Positions 27,218-37,287 of a DNA stretch of 64,000 nucleotides are shown one piece after another (the stretch's first letter is position 1; every line of letters starts with the position of its first letter). The position numbers and the translations under genes were made by a program. The notes beneath the pieces were generated by a model. That model was not told where the DNA came from. It saw nothing but the letters and a program-made list of their open reading frames with translations, and did not search any database. This stretch comes from Candidatus Thorarchaeota archaeon (lineage in GTDB: Archaea; Asgardarchaeota; Thorarchaeia; Thorarchaeales; Thorarchaeaceae): positions 13,939-77,938 of the forward strand of contig JBHLRZ010000010.1 in the NCBI GenBank assembly GCA_048882045.1. The letters are read 5' to 3'.

Positions 27218-30130
27218 TTACAGGTCAATACCTTTCCTTCTGAATCGACGTTTATACCACTCCATTCCTCCAATTGCTGGGATTGAAGCAGCAATACATA
27301 CAATCCAATCGTTGATTGTGAGTGGTGCAAAGTAGAACTCGAGTCCATACGGAGCGAGAATCTCCTGAGCCAGTGGAACGTACATCAGTAGGTAGTGTGC
27401 CAGATAGATCAGACCAATCAGAATAACGAATATCCATGTACCAGGCTCTCGAATGCTCTCCGACAGAGGCATGTTGATTCGCCGAATGATCAGGACCATT
27501 GTACTCTCGACAATCAGAATCACTGAGAGTAACATCACCGTGGCTTTGAAGACAGGGTCTATCACACCATAGTATCCCAGGTTATTCTCAGGATATATGG
27601 GTACAATCCCACCCCAAGCTGTCAGAGTTATTGCGTAGACTAAGGTAGCCCCAATGGTCATTAGGAAAACATTCAGTGCCATGAACTTTGCTAGATTCCG
27701 GGTTATGATCTCTTGACTGTCTCGAGGTTTGTCCTCCATTGCCCGTGGCGATGTCCTGTCGAATACCAACGCAAGACCGGGGAATGAGTGAGTAGTAACC
27801 ACCAAGTAGAGACTCTGCCACTGTGATAGCATGTTGATCCATTCAGGCAGAATGAACAGGGCTCCAAAGAAGATGATACTCTCAAACAGGTTTATGGCTA
27901 CATAGAAGTAGATCATTATTCTGATCTTGTTGAAGAGACCCCTTCCCTGATGCACACCAGACACGATAGAAGCAAAGCTGTCATCAGTGATAACAAGATC
28001 TGCAGCCTCCTTAGCTACGTCCGTACCTGTGATTCCCATGGCGATACCAGCATCACTCATGGCAAGAGCAAGGGCGTCATTCACACCATCACCAGTCATG
28101 GCCACGACACGGTTTTGGTCTTGGTAGCGTTCTACAATCACCTGTTTGTGTTCAGGGTTTACCCTAGCGAAAACATTGGTCCTGGCAAAGTCCTCATCAC
28201 TGATTGAGTCTATCTCAGTACCTTCAACAGCAAGTGAGCTCTCGCCAAAAATACCTAGGTCAGTTGCTATTGTCTTGGCTGTTGCAGAAGCATCTCCAGT
28301 TATCATGATTACATTGATTCCTGCACTGTGACACTCTTGAACAGCTTCACGAACACCCTCTCGTGGTGGGTCTACAATGCAAGCAAATCCTAGATAGATC
28401 AAATCCTTCTCAGTCTTCTCACGAGCGTCTTTGCCTGTCGGAACACTATCCAAGTGTCGATAAGCGATTGATATCACTCGATAGCCTTTAGCAGCAAAAT
28501 CATTGGTCATCTCCCTTACACGATTGACAACGTCGGGAGATATCTTCGAGGGAGAGTCCTTCCCATCAATGTAGGTGCATTTGGTTATCAGGACTTCAGT
28601 TGCACCTTTAACGAAGGCCACAAACTTTTTGCCATCCTTGCATATCTTAGACATTCGTTTCAGTTCTGACTCAAATGGAAACTCCTCCACGACCTCGTAC
28701 TTCTTGAGGATGGCTTCTTCATCCAATCCGCTCTTTCGGAACATAGTCAGGAGTGCTGCATCAGTCGGGTCGCCCAATGGCCTCCAGATTGTGCCTTGGT
28801 CAGGTATCTCCTCCCTAATGATCTCGGAATCATTGTTTATACCACCACACACAACAAGTCGATAGAGACCTTTCCAGGAGAATATGTCCTTCACCTCATC
28901 CTCCTCTATGCTGATGGTTGCCGGGTCAGCAGCGCCTTTGAGTAGATAGATACCACCTGTCGGCTCATAGCCATCACCCTTTACTGAGTATAGGTTATGA
29001 GTGTCCCAGATGTACTTGACCGTCATCTGGTTGCGTGTCATAGTGCCTGTCTTGTCGCTGCAAATGACACTCACTCTTCCAAGGCTCTCGACTGCAGAGA
29101 GGTCTCGAATGATGACTCCCTTCTTGGCCATAGCTAGAACACCAGTAAGAAGAACTATGGTCGTGAGCAGAGGAATGTTGATGGGCATGATGGTCATTGC
29201 ACGTGTGATTCCTTCTTGAGCCCGTGACATGATTGAATCAATATTGAGATCTATAATTCCAGTACCATAGACAATCGGATAGAGAAAGACCTGCCAAATG
29301 AGTGAAACTGCCATTAGTACAATTGCTGCGATTCCGAGATACTTTGCCAACAGGTTGGTTTTCTTTCGAAGTGGAATATCCCCTGTATTGAGTTCTCCAA
29401 GTGTGCCTTGAATCTTGCCAATCTCGGTCCTTCCTCCTGTTGCAGTCGTGACAACAGTCGCCATCCCAGTGGCCACGTAAGAACCGAAGAAGACCATGTT
29501 TCGCATGTCAGTGAGAGGCGCATCTTTTCCAATTATTGCATCGTTATCCTTAATGGCTGGAACGCTCTCACCAGTCATTGATGCCTCATCTGTGGTCAGG
29601 TTAGAACAGCTGATGATTCTACCATCAACAGGGATTCGATCACCCTGCTCAAGGATAACGATATCCCCAGGAACAGCGTCCATTGGAGGAACACTCATCT
29701 CAGAACCATTTCGAATCAATCGAGCCTCTCCAGCTGACAGTTGTTCCAGAGCCTCTAGTTTCTTCTGTGCACGGAACTGCTGGACAATAGCTACTAGGGC
29801 ATTTACAGCAACGACTCCAAGCCAGACAAGAGCTTGCGCCATCTCGTTCTCGTCTGACGGGAAAAGGTATGCGATGAGTATCAAAGCAAATGAGCTGACG
29901 ATGTAGATCGTAATGAGCCAGTTCAGAATCGGAGCGATGTAGACTTTCCAAAATGGCCCTCGAATCCGTGGGATAGTGTTAGGGCCAAATTCCTCAAATC
30001 GTGATTTTACATCAATATCCGACAGACCACGGGCAGGATCTACTTTGAGGACCTCGTATACATCCTTGAGGGGCATGGAATGGTAGGGGAGAACGGATTC
30101 GTCTTGTGTGATGGCGTCTTCTTCCGACAA
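27218..30130 (-). CDS. P-type cation-transporting ATPase (P2-like scaffold, atypical TM4)
   Basis: TGES, CSDKTGT, KGA.E, MITGD, TGDGVND; TM4 reads PINIP. Confidence 0.93.
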   Translation of the reverse strand: MSEEDAITQDESVLPYHSMPLKDVYEVLKVDPARGLSDIDVKSRFEEFGPNTIPRIRGPFWKVYIAPILNWLITIYIVSSFALILIAYLFPSDENEMAQALVWLGVVAVNALVAIVQQFRAQKKLEALEQLSAGEARLIRNGSEMSVPPMDAVPGDIVILEQGDRIPVDGRIISCSNLTTDEASMTGESVPAIKDNDAIIGKDAPLTDMRNMVFFGSYVATGMATVVTTATGGRTEIGKIQGTLGELNTGDIPLRKKTNLLAKYLGIAAIVLMAVSLIWQVFLYPIVYGTGIIDLNIDSIMSRAQEGITRAMTIMPINIPLLTTIVLLTGVLAMAKKGVIIRDLSAVESLGRVSVICSDKTGTMTRNQMTVKYIWDTHNLYSVKGDGYEPTGGIYLLKGAADPATISIEEDEVKDIFSWKGLYRLVVCGGINNDSEIIREEIPDQGTIWRPLGDPTDAALLTMFRKSGLDEEAILKKYEVVEEFPFESELKRMSKICKDGKKFVAFVKGATEVLITKCTYIDGKDSPSKISPDVVNRVREMTNDFAAKGYRVISIAYRHLDSVPTGKDAREKTEKDLIYLGFACIVDPPREGVREAVQECHSAGINVIMITGDASATAKTIATDLGIFGESSLAVEGTEIDSISDEDFARTNVFARVNPEHKQVIVERYQDQNRVVAMTGDGVNDALALAMSDAGIAMGITGTDVAKEAADLVITDDSFASIVSGVHQGRGLFNKIRIMIYFYVAINLFESIIFFGALFILPEWINMLSQWQSLYLVVTTHSFPGLALVFDRTSPRAMEDKPRDSQEIITRNLAKFMALNVFLMTIGATLVYAITLTAWGGIVPIYPENNLGYYGVIDPVFKATVMLLSVILIVESTMVLIIRRINMPLSESIREPGTWIFVILIGLIYLAHYLLMYVPLAQEILAPYGLEFYFAPLTINDWIVCIAASIPAIGGMEWYKRRFRRKGIDL

Positions 30131-30353
30131 TGCTTCTACCTCTCAAGTAATATTGCTGTACAAAGACAACAGATAAATCAAACTCGATGGTCCTACCTTC
30201 AAGTCCGACAACAGCTGTTGAACGACCGAACCTTTTGAAGCTTTTCCGTTTCATTTTTCAGAACATTTCAACCATTACCTGTGCCGATAGGTTCTTGAGG
30301 CCTCATGAGTGTTCTCGAATGCCGCACGCGGTAGATACTCATTGGTGCAGACA

Positions 30354-32330
30354 ATGTCAATGGACTATTACTGGCAGACCACCGACACTCGTAAATCCTC
30401 GTCGGAGGGACGACGGATTGTCGCAGCAATCATTATTCTCATGATAGTAATTTCTACAGGGATTGTACTCATTCTCCAGGGGGACTTCCCAGGTAGTACT
30501 ACAAGTGGTAGTCCAGTGAGAGTCGCAATACTAGACTCAGGTATCGACCAAGACTTTTCACTGCAGGGGCGAGTCGTAGAGGAGAAGAGTTTCATTGAGG
30601 TCCAATACGGATACGATCAACCCGACCAAACAGTCACAGATGCCAAACCCGAAAGTGTCCCCCATGGAACGCTAGTGGCTAAGTTAGTGGCAGAAACACC
30701 AAACGCGCAAATTGTAAATGCAAAAGTTTTGAGCTCGGATGGAACTGCAACGACTCTGGCACTCGTGGCTGCGATATACTGGGCTGTAGAGCAGAACTGC
30801 AGTGTTATTACGATGAGCCTTGGTTCTTCACCTGTGCACAATGACCCATTGGCAGAAACATTGGAATGGGCCTTCTCTAGGGGAGTTGTCATTGTGTCAT
30901 CAGCAGGCAATGAAGGAGAAGGAGGCGTCGCTGGAACGAGCATATCATCCCCTAGTGTCTTTGAACACTGTATATCAGTTGCAGCGCTTTATGAAACCGG
31001 TGAGCCTACAGAGTTTTCATCGACAGGTCCGACCAGGTCAAGATACATGAAGCCAGACATCAGTGCTCCAGGATGGGCGAACATTGCAGGAGGAGTTTAC
31101 TACGGGACGAGTTTCGCATCTCCCAGGGTTGCTGGAGCGGCCGCTGACTTGATTGGATATTGCGTGACGAACAACATCACCTATACTCCTGGATCCATTA
31201 TAACTGCTCTATTGAAAGGAGCCACTCCCGTAGGCAACTATCCGAGCTACATTGTCGGAGCAGGAAGGCTCAATGTCCAGAACTCACGAAACCTCATCAG
31301 CGAGAATAGTGTGGATGGGGATCTTCCAGCTTTCAGTCTAGCTTTCCCTGGAGAGCTGCCAATAGATTTTGAGAGGCTCTTTCTAGGGGACACTTACAGA
31401 TTTGATATTAGGCTCATAACCTCAGGATACACTACTTTTAGTGTCAGCATAACTGGTGACCCACTTGGGACCATAGATATCCCATCTACAGTCGTAGTAA
31501 ATCAGACACGGATTTTTCCTATGACTGTGAACATACCCAGTTCTGGTCTTTCTTCTGTTGATGCAACCATTACGTTCACATCTTCTGTTTTTGGATCGTC
31601 TGAGCTATCACTGTTGTTTGATGTGACAAGTCCTGTTGCAAGAGTTGCCTTTGACATCAGTCATACTGGATGGTCCATTGATTCATACTATGGTCAGTTC
31701 AGAGAGTTTTACAAAGAGTTGATTGATAATGACATCTCTGTTACAGAGATACGCAACAGCTCTGAAACAACACTCTCGTTCCTGCAGGAGTTTGATTCTG
31801 TCGTGATCCTAGATCCATGTGTGTACAATGTCAATGAAACAAACCCACTGAATCCCGAAGCATTCACCTTGCCCTTCTCATCCTCTGAGAAGGCAGCATA
31901 TGAGGATTATTTCAATTCGGGAGGTGGAATCTTTGTATCATCTCTCTCATCTGGTGCAACAAACCTTACGCAACTCAACAATTTTCTCGACTGGTCTGGA
32001 TTCGAGATCATAGATTCAGAAATTCCATCATCATCAGAAACTGATCCTATAATTATCGACAACATTGACACCCATATCATCACCCAAGGAGTTTCTGGTT
32101 TTCATTACCTTGGAGCACCAATCTCAATTCCCAGTGGTGGAAATAGGCTCGCTAGATATGGAGCGATGCCAGTCATGGGCTATCTAGAGGGAGGCGGAGG
32201 AGGAAGACTCGTAGTAACAGGTTCTAATTATATGATAGACAACTATGCTTTCCTTGGAGAATATGGACCTGGGGATGATGCACTGATTGCACTCAGGGTT
32301 GTGCTTTGGACTTCAGGACTAATTGTCTAG
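30354..32330 (+). CDS. Membrane-anchored S8 subtilase with C-terminal GATase1/DUF4350-like domain (site-1-protease-like)
   Basis: ILDSG, HGT, AGN, GTSFASP.V.G triad motifs; C-terminal FDISH.., GGGRLVVTGSN. Confidence 0.85.
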   Translation: MSMDYYWQTTDTRKSSSEGRRIVAAIIILMIVISTGIVLILQGDFPGSTTSGSPVRVAILDSGIDQDFSLQGRVVEEKSFIEVQYGYDQPDQTVTDAKPESVPHGTLVAKLVAETPNAQIVNAKVLSSDGTATTLALVAAIYWAVEQNCSVITMSLGSSPVHNDPLAETLEWAFSRGVVIVSSAGNEGEGGVAGTSISSPSVFEHCISVAALYETGEPTEFSSTGPTRSRYMKPDISAPGWANIAGGVYYGTSFASPRVAGAAADLIGYCVTNNITYTPGSIITALLKGATPVGNYPSYIVGAGRLNVQNSRNLISENSVDGDLPAFSLAFPGELPIDFERLFLGDTYRFDIRLITSGYTTFSVSITGDPLGTIDIPSTVVVNQTRIFPMTVNIPSSGLSSVDATITFTSSVFGSSELSLLFDVTSPVARVAFDISHTGWSIDSYYGQFREFYKELIDNDISVTEIRNSSETTLSFLQEFDSVVILDPCVYNVNETNPLNPEAFTLPFSSSEKAAYEDYFNSGGGIFVSSLSSGATNLTQLNNFLDWSGFEIIDSEIPSSSETDPIIIDNIDTHIITQGVSGFHYLGAPISIPSGGNRLARYGAMPVMGYLEGGGGGRLVVTGSNYMIDNYAFLGEYGPGDDALIALRVVLWTSGLIV

Positions 32331-32388
32331 GTTCAAAGTGTGTCTTGAAACACTATGATTGCCGGAAATCCGTGCTTTATATATAAAT

Positions 32389-32493
32389 AGGGGAACGGGT
32401 TGAATCACTAACAACCTTTCCGAGTCGAAGTCGGAACATGCCGGTGACAGGGATTAGTCCTTGGTCGCCGGCTCACCGACACTTCTTTTCCCT
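32389..32493 (+). ncRNA. Candidate small structured RNA or attenuator upstream of the MFS gene
   Basis: GC-rich long hairpin 32427-32485 then a U-tract; competing TTCCGA/TCGGAA hairpin; G-U wobbles favour the + strand; TATA-rich box at 32376-32388. Confidence 0.5.
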
Positions 32494-32561
32494 TGGTATA
32501 TACCAGCATGCTTAACATAGCGGTTTGTACGAATCTCGATGTCTGGGCGTGAGTCAGAGAT

Positions 32562-33803
32562 TTGGCAAGATCTACGAAAGCATCCTATGCAGTCCTTGCG
32601 GCTGTCACAATGGCACACTTTCTGAATCATGTTTACACAGGAGCATTATCGCCATTCTTACCTAAGATCCAGGATGACCTAAATCTTGGATATACAGAGG
32701 TTGGTATTATCACAAGTGCTGTAGTCATAGCGATGACCTTGTCGCACTTCATTGTTGGCTACCTTGGCGACAGAGGCTCTCGCTGGCGTGATGCTTTCAT
32801 CTCAACTAGCATACTTCTTAGTGCTGTAGCAATGATTCTTGTCAGCTACTCTAGCAGTTTCCTAATTCTTGCCATCTTCCAATTCTTTCTAGGTGTTGGT
32901 GCATCGGGATATCACCCTAGTGTCTTTCCAGCACTTGCTGAGAAATTCCCTCAAAGAGACCTAGCAAAAGCGACTGGTATTCAAGCCATGGGTGGTCTCG
33001 TAGGTATGGCAATGATACCATTCCTAGGAGTAACACTCTATGTCATTTTCAATGACCAATGGCGACCCTCACTAATTGCACTAGGTGTTATGGGATTCAT
33101 AGTATTCGTCCCATTCATAATTTTGATGAGATACTCCAGGTCAGGATACGCTGATGGTTTTTTGGATAAAGAGGAGGAGTGTGAAGGAACAGACGGATGG
33201 ACCAAAGGATATTGGCTAGGGTTGATTCTCATGGGTTTGAGAGGGATGTCCTTTAGATGTACCTCATTGCTAATGCCAGTATATCTGGTAGCCACGTATC
33301 CGGTGGACCTAATCGAAGCTGGATACCTGACAACAGTCATGTTGACAGCTGGACTCTTTGGTGAGATATTAGCTAGCTGGCTCTCGGACAGACTTAACAG
33401 ACGAGTTCCATTCCTCGTGGTTTCAACAGGACTGGCAACGCCAGCTCTGCTCTTACTGAACTATTCGCTAGAGATTTGGGTCCTCATAGCAATGCTGGTT
33501 GTTATTGGTTTCTTCTTCTATCTGGGAGTGCCAGCCAACACAGCCTACCTCACTGAGGTCAGTCCCCGAGAGAACAGAGGCCTCGCTTTTGGTATGCTGT
33601 TTTCCATAGGTGCTCTGCCTGGTGCAATATCGCCAATCATCTTTGGGTGGATTGGAGACCTGTATGGACTCCCTGCATCTATTCTCTTCCTCGTTAGCAC
33701 AACAATCTTAGCCACTATTGTAGCGCTCCTAATGAAAGATGTCAAACCAAGTGCGTTCGTAGATTCTCGGCTCTACCTAGATACTTCTCCTCCAATCGAA
33801 TAG
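32562..33803 (+). CDS. MFS transporter
   Basis: About 12 TMs; G.LGDR and LSDRLNRR motif-A loops. Confidence 0.92.
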   Translation: MARSTKASYAVLAAVTMAHFLNHVYTGALSPFLPKIQDDLNLGYTEVGIITSAVVIAMTLSHFIVGYLGDRGSRWRDAFISTSILLSAVAMILVSYSSSFLILAIFQFFLGVGASGYHPSVFPALAEKFPQRDLAKATGIQAMGGLVGMAMIPFLGVTLYVIFNDQWRPSLIALGVMGFIVFVPFIILMRYSRSGYADGFLDKEEECEGTDGWTKGYWLGLILMGLRGMSFRCTSLLMPVYLVATYPVDLIEAGYLTTVMLTAGLFGEILASWLSDRLNRRVPFLVVSTGLATPALLLLNYSLEIWVLIAMLVVIGFFFYLGVPANTAYLTEVSPRENRGLAFGMLFSIGALPGAISPIIFGWIGDLYGLPASILFLVSTTILATIVALLMKDVKPSAFVDSRLYLDTSPPIE

Positions 33804-33858
33804 GACACTGATTCATCTGTAGACAATCTGATATATGGAGAGATTTGGAGAGAAGATA

Positions 33859-34722
33859 ATGTTCGACTATCACATCCATCCCAATTATTCCATTGATGCA
33901 GAAGGAGAGATTGATGAGTTCTGCAGAGCAGCAGTCGAGGTTGGTCTGAAGGAGATTGCTTTTACAACACACCTAGATACAGACCGGATCGCTGATGACT
34001 GTTATGTCAACGTGAAGGGGAAGAGAGTGGATATTTCAGCAAGTGTCTGGCTCGAAGAGTATGAGTCAGAGATACGAGATGCTAGCGACAGATTTGTAGA
34101 CTCAGGTCTTGCAGTCCTATTAGGAGTAGAGGTTGACTGTTTCCCTGGTGTGGAAGAAGCGCTTCCAGAAAGATTCTTCTCAACAGATTTTGACCTTATT
34201 CTTGGATCAGTCCATCTCATTGACCATATTGCTATCTCCGCAGGAGGGAGAGCAGAGGATGTCCTGAGAAAGTACAACATGGAGGAGTTGGGTGAGAAAT
34301 ACTTCACTCTGATGCTCGACTCCATAGACCTGGATTTGTATGACGTTCTTGCTCATATCGACCTCTATAGGAGGTATGGAGAGTCATTCTTTGGTGAAGC
34401 TATTCATGACCTCTGGAAGACCTACATCCATGAGCTCAGTAACAAGATGAAAAGCAAGAATGTGGGCTTTGAGATCAACACGTCCTCTCTGAGAAGAGGG
34501 ATGAACCAGCCAATGCCAGATGAGCGTATAGTTCATGCGTTAAGGAAAGAGGGTGTTGAAATAGTGACAGTTGGTTCTGACGCTCATACTCCGAGTGAGG
34601 TTGGTAAAGGAATCGAGGAGGCGCTGCAAATTGCTAGAAGAGCAGGATTCGAGGGTCCATCCACATTTAGAAAGAGAGAGCCAGCTATTTGGAAATTGAC
34701 CAACCGAGGGAAACAGAATTAA
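33859..34722 (+). CDS. PHP-domain histidinol-phosphatase (HisJ/HisK) family
   Basis: DYHIH, FTTH, GVEVD, GSVH, AHID, EINTS, GSDAH. Confidence 0.88.
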   Translation: MFDYHIHPNYSIDAEGEIDEFCRAAVEVGLKEIAFTTHLDTDRIADDCYVNVKGKRVDISASVWLEEYESEIRDASDRFVDSGLAVLLGVEVDCFPGVEEALPERFFSTDFDLILGSVHLIDHIAISAGGRAEDVLRKYNMEELGEKYFTLMLDSIDLDLYDVLAHIDLYRRYGESFFGEAIHDLWKTYIHELSNKMKSKNVGFEINTSSLRRGMNQPMPDERIVHALRKEGVEIVTVGSDAHTPSEVGKGIEEALQIARRAGFEGPSTFRKREPAIWKLTNRGKQN

Positions 34723-34741
34723 ACCAGCGCAGATTAGACAC

Positions 34742-35386
34742 ATGGATGGAGGAATAATCACCTTGTCTGGTAATGATGTGGAAAGCCTCCAAACAGCACT
34801 ACGACTATTGGAGTCGGGCTTGACTGCAGAAGCTATCAAAGTACTCAGAGAGTTGGTCAAGGACAGGCCGGACATGATTGAAGGCTGGTATAATCTTGGC
34901 TATGCTCTTACAGAAGCAGAGGAGTATGATGAAGCAATCAAGGCATATGATGAAGCGCTGGCTATTGATAACTTCATCTTTGAGATCTGGTTCAACAAGG
35001 GCAACGTTCTGTATGCACTGAAGGATTTTGAGAATGCCAGAGATTGCTACGAAGAAGCTTTGGAGATAAATCCTGACGATGCTGAGGCATGGAACAACCT
35101 CGGAAACTGCTTTTCAAGACTTGCAGAAGGACAAGCTGCAATCGAAGCCTATACTCATGCAGTAGCCTTGAAACCAGACTATGCAGAGGCATTCTACAAC
35201 AAGGCCAATGCTCATTTCATTGAGGAACAAGATGACCACGCCATTACATATGCAGAGTACGCTTTACAGCTGGACCCATCTTTGGCTGAACTTGTGGGTA
35301 AATGGATCAATGTAGCAAGAAATAGGATTGCCTCGAGAAAAGAACAGGAAGAGTACAAGCGTAGACAGATGGGTCAAAGCGAATGA
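34742..35386 (+). CDS. TPR repeat protein
   Basis: W.N.G..L......EA...Y..AL...P repeats. Confidence 0.92.
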   Translation: MDGGIITLSGNDVESLQTALRLLESGLTAEAIKVLRELVKDRPDMIEGWYNLGYALTEAEEYDEAIKAYDEALAIDNFIFEIWFNKGNVLYALKDFENARDCYEEALEINPDDAEAWNNLGNCFSRLAEGQAAIEAYTHAVALKPDYAEAFYNKANAHFIEEQDDHAITYAEYALQLDPSLAELVGKWINVARNRIASRKEQEEYKRRQMGQSE

Positions 35387-35433
35387 TTGTTTGATTCATC
35401 ACACCTAAAAGGAGTTTCAACAAGGCACACACT

Positions 35434-35979
35434 ATGATGCCTATCAACCCAGACAGGCAAGAATCGCAGATAAGAATGCCCGAACCGAAATACATTGCCG
35501 GTCTCTCTTTAATCATCATCATTGGAGGGATTATTGCGGCATTTCTAGCAGGACAGGGGTATCTTCCGGTTGATCCAGGGATGGTTTTGGGCATGAGCAT
35601 ACTTGGTGCGACTATCATTGTCTGTTGTACTTCTACTATCATGATAGGTTCATACGCACAGAGGGTCCCAGAGTATGGAGACATGGAGATCAGGTTTGAG
35701 GAAGGCAAGACTCAGTTTGATAACGAAGATTGGGAGTATGCTCTGGAGATATTCAAGACTCTTGCTGGACCCAAACTTGACCATAAGAGAGCATTGTACT
35801 ATGGTGCGCGATGCTATGAGGAACTACAAGATTGGGAGAACATGAAGATTTTCTGCAAGGCGTATTTGAAGATGAAACCGAAGGACAAGGAAGTCTGGGA
35901 GATGTTGAATCGAGCACATAAGAAACTCTTCGAGTATGAGGAAGCCGAGAATGCGTTGAAAAGAGCAAATGAACTCTAA
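35434..35979 (+). CDS. Two-TM membrane protein with C-terminal TPR-like repeats
   Basis: Two hydrophobic helices followed by TPR-like helices. Confidence 0.7.
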   Translation: MMPINPDRQESQIRMPEPKYIAGLSLIIIIGGIIAAFLAGQGYLPVDPGMVLGMSILGATIIVCCTSTIMIGSYAQRVPEYGDMEIRFEEGKTQFDNEDWEYALEIFKTLAGPKLDHKRALYYGARCYEELQDWENMKIFCKAYLKMKPKDKEVWEMLNRAHKKLFEYEEAENALKRANEL

Positions 35980-35983
35980 AGAT

Positions 35984-36889
35984 CTACTTGGTCACTGGAT
36001 TACGTAAATAGCCAATCTTCTCGATGTACATTTCGACACTATCATCAGGCTTTAGGAATTCAGGTGGATCTCTCACAAAGCCTACTCCAGAAGGAGTACC
36101 AGATGCAATCACATCTCCAGGCTCAAGGGTGAATGATTTTGATAGGAACGAAACAATCTGCTCCACTTTGTATATGAGATTAGATGTTGAAGAGTTCTGC
36201 TTGGTTTCTCCATTGACCTTTGTATACATACTTAATCCTGAAGCGTTCCCAAGCTCGTCACAGGTAACGATACAAGGTCCCATGGGGCAGAATGTATCAA
36301 GCGATTTTCCTCGGACCCATTGTCCATCACCCAGCTGAATGTCACGGGCGGAAACATCGTGGATGATAGTATAGCCCGCGACATAGTCGAGAGACTGCTC
36401 TTCAGAAACATCTTTGCAGCTCTTACCAATCACAACACCAAGCTCGACCTCCCAATCAATCATGGAAGACACCTTTGGAATCACAATCGGATCATTCGGA
36501 CCAATTACACTGGAGGAAAATTTGGTGAAGACAACAGGAAACGCTGGGACTTCGGAACCAGTCTCCTCAACATGGTCCAGATAGTTCTTACCTAAAGCCA
36601 CAATCTTGCCAGGACGAGAGATTGGAGCTTCCAATGTTACAGAATCCAGAGGATAAGTCATTAATCGTTCCTCCTCTGGAGTTTTCTCATACCTGTCAAT
36701 AATCTGACTGACAACGCTGATGCCTGCAGACCATTGAAGAAGCTCCAACATCGTCGAGGGGAAACTGTGACCCCTTACGTGGTATTTCCTACCAAAGTGT
36801 GAAGCAGCATCAGGGATATCGAGAATGCCACTCTCGAGCTCTACACCGATTGAAGGGACACCCATCCTTGAATATGTGACGAGTCGCAT
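35984..36889 (-). CDS. Fumarylacetoacetate hydrolase family protein
   Basis: GKNY..H..E, DWEVEL, DVSARD.Q, GKSLDTF.P.GP, GTPSGVG. Confidence 0.95.
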   Translation of the reverse strand: MRLVTYSRMGVPSIGVELESGILDIPDAASHFGRKYHVRGHSFPSTMLELLQWSAGISVVSQIIDRYEKTPEEERLMTYPLDSVTLEAPISRPGKIVALGKNYLDHVEETGSEVPAFPVVFTKFSSSVIGPNDPIVIPKVSSMIDWEVELGVVIGKSCKDVSEEQSLDYVAGYTIIHDVSARDIQLGDGQWVRGKSLDTFCPMGPCIVTCDELGNASGLSMYTKVNGETKQNSSTSNLIYKVEQIVSFLSKSFTLEPGDVIASGTPSGVGFVRDPPEFLKPDDSVEMYIEKIGYLRNPVTK

Positions 36890-36953
36890 GAAGTTGAAAG
36901 GTATACCATCTCATTTATCCGTACCTATGTCAAATCGGACTTTGGTGTAGCAT

Positions 36954-37277
36954 TTGGTCGACGAACCTACATTGGACGAACTACCAGACAGAGTGTTTGT
37001 GGCACTTGGAAGAAGGGGAATGGAACCTATCCCTTTGAAGGAATGCACCTATGAATGTGACGGCCAAGAATTGAAACTCATAGAAGTAAAGAAAGACCCA
37101 GTTGGAGGGACTGGGACTGAAGAGGTTGAAGAGAACTGGTTGGTCGAATGTACAAAGTGTAATCGGCAGTTTACAATCCAATGCATCGTACGCTATCACG
37201 ACGGAGAAAGAATAGATACAAGAGTGAATTTGATAGATGACAAAGGGCAAAACCTCGGTTGGTTGGGTAGCTACTAG
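36954..37277 (+). CDS. Small Zn-binding hypothetical protein
   Basis: CTYEC and CTKC; first gene of the + strand operon. Confidence 0.7.
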   Translation: MVDEPTLDELPDRVFVALGRRGMEPIPLKECTYECDGQELKLIEVKKDPVGGTGTEEVEENWLVECTKCNRQFTIQCIVRYHDGERIDTRVNLIDDKGQNLGWLGSY

Positions 37278-37287
37278 GTGATGAGGT

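Noticed and set aside
32389-32493. Structured RNA as 5S rRNA, tRNA-Sec or SECIS
   Set aside because: Lacks the 5S loop C/E motifs, a cloverleaf with TCA anticodon, and any adjacent selenoprotein ORF
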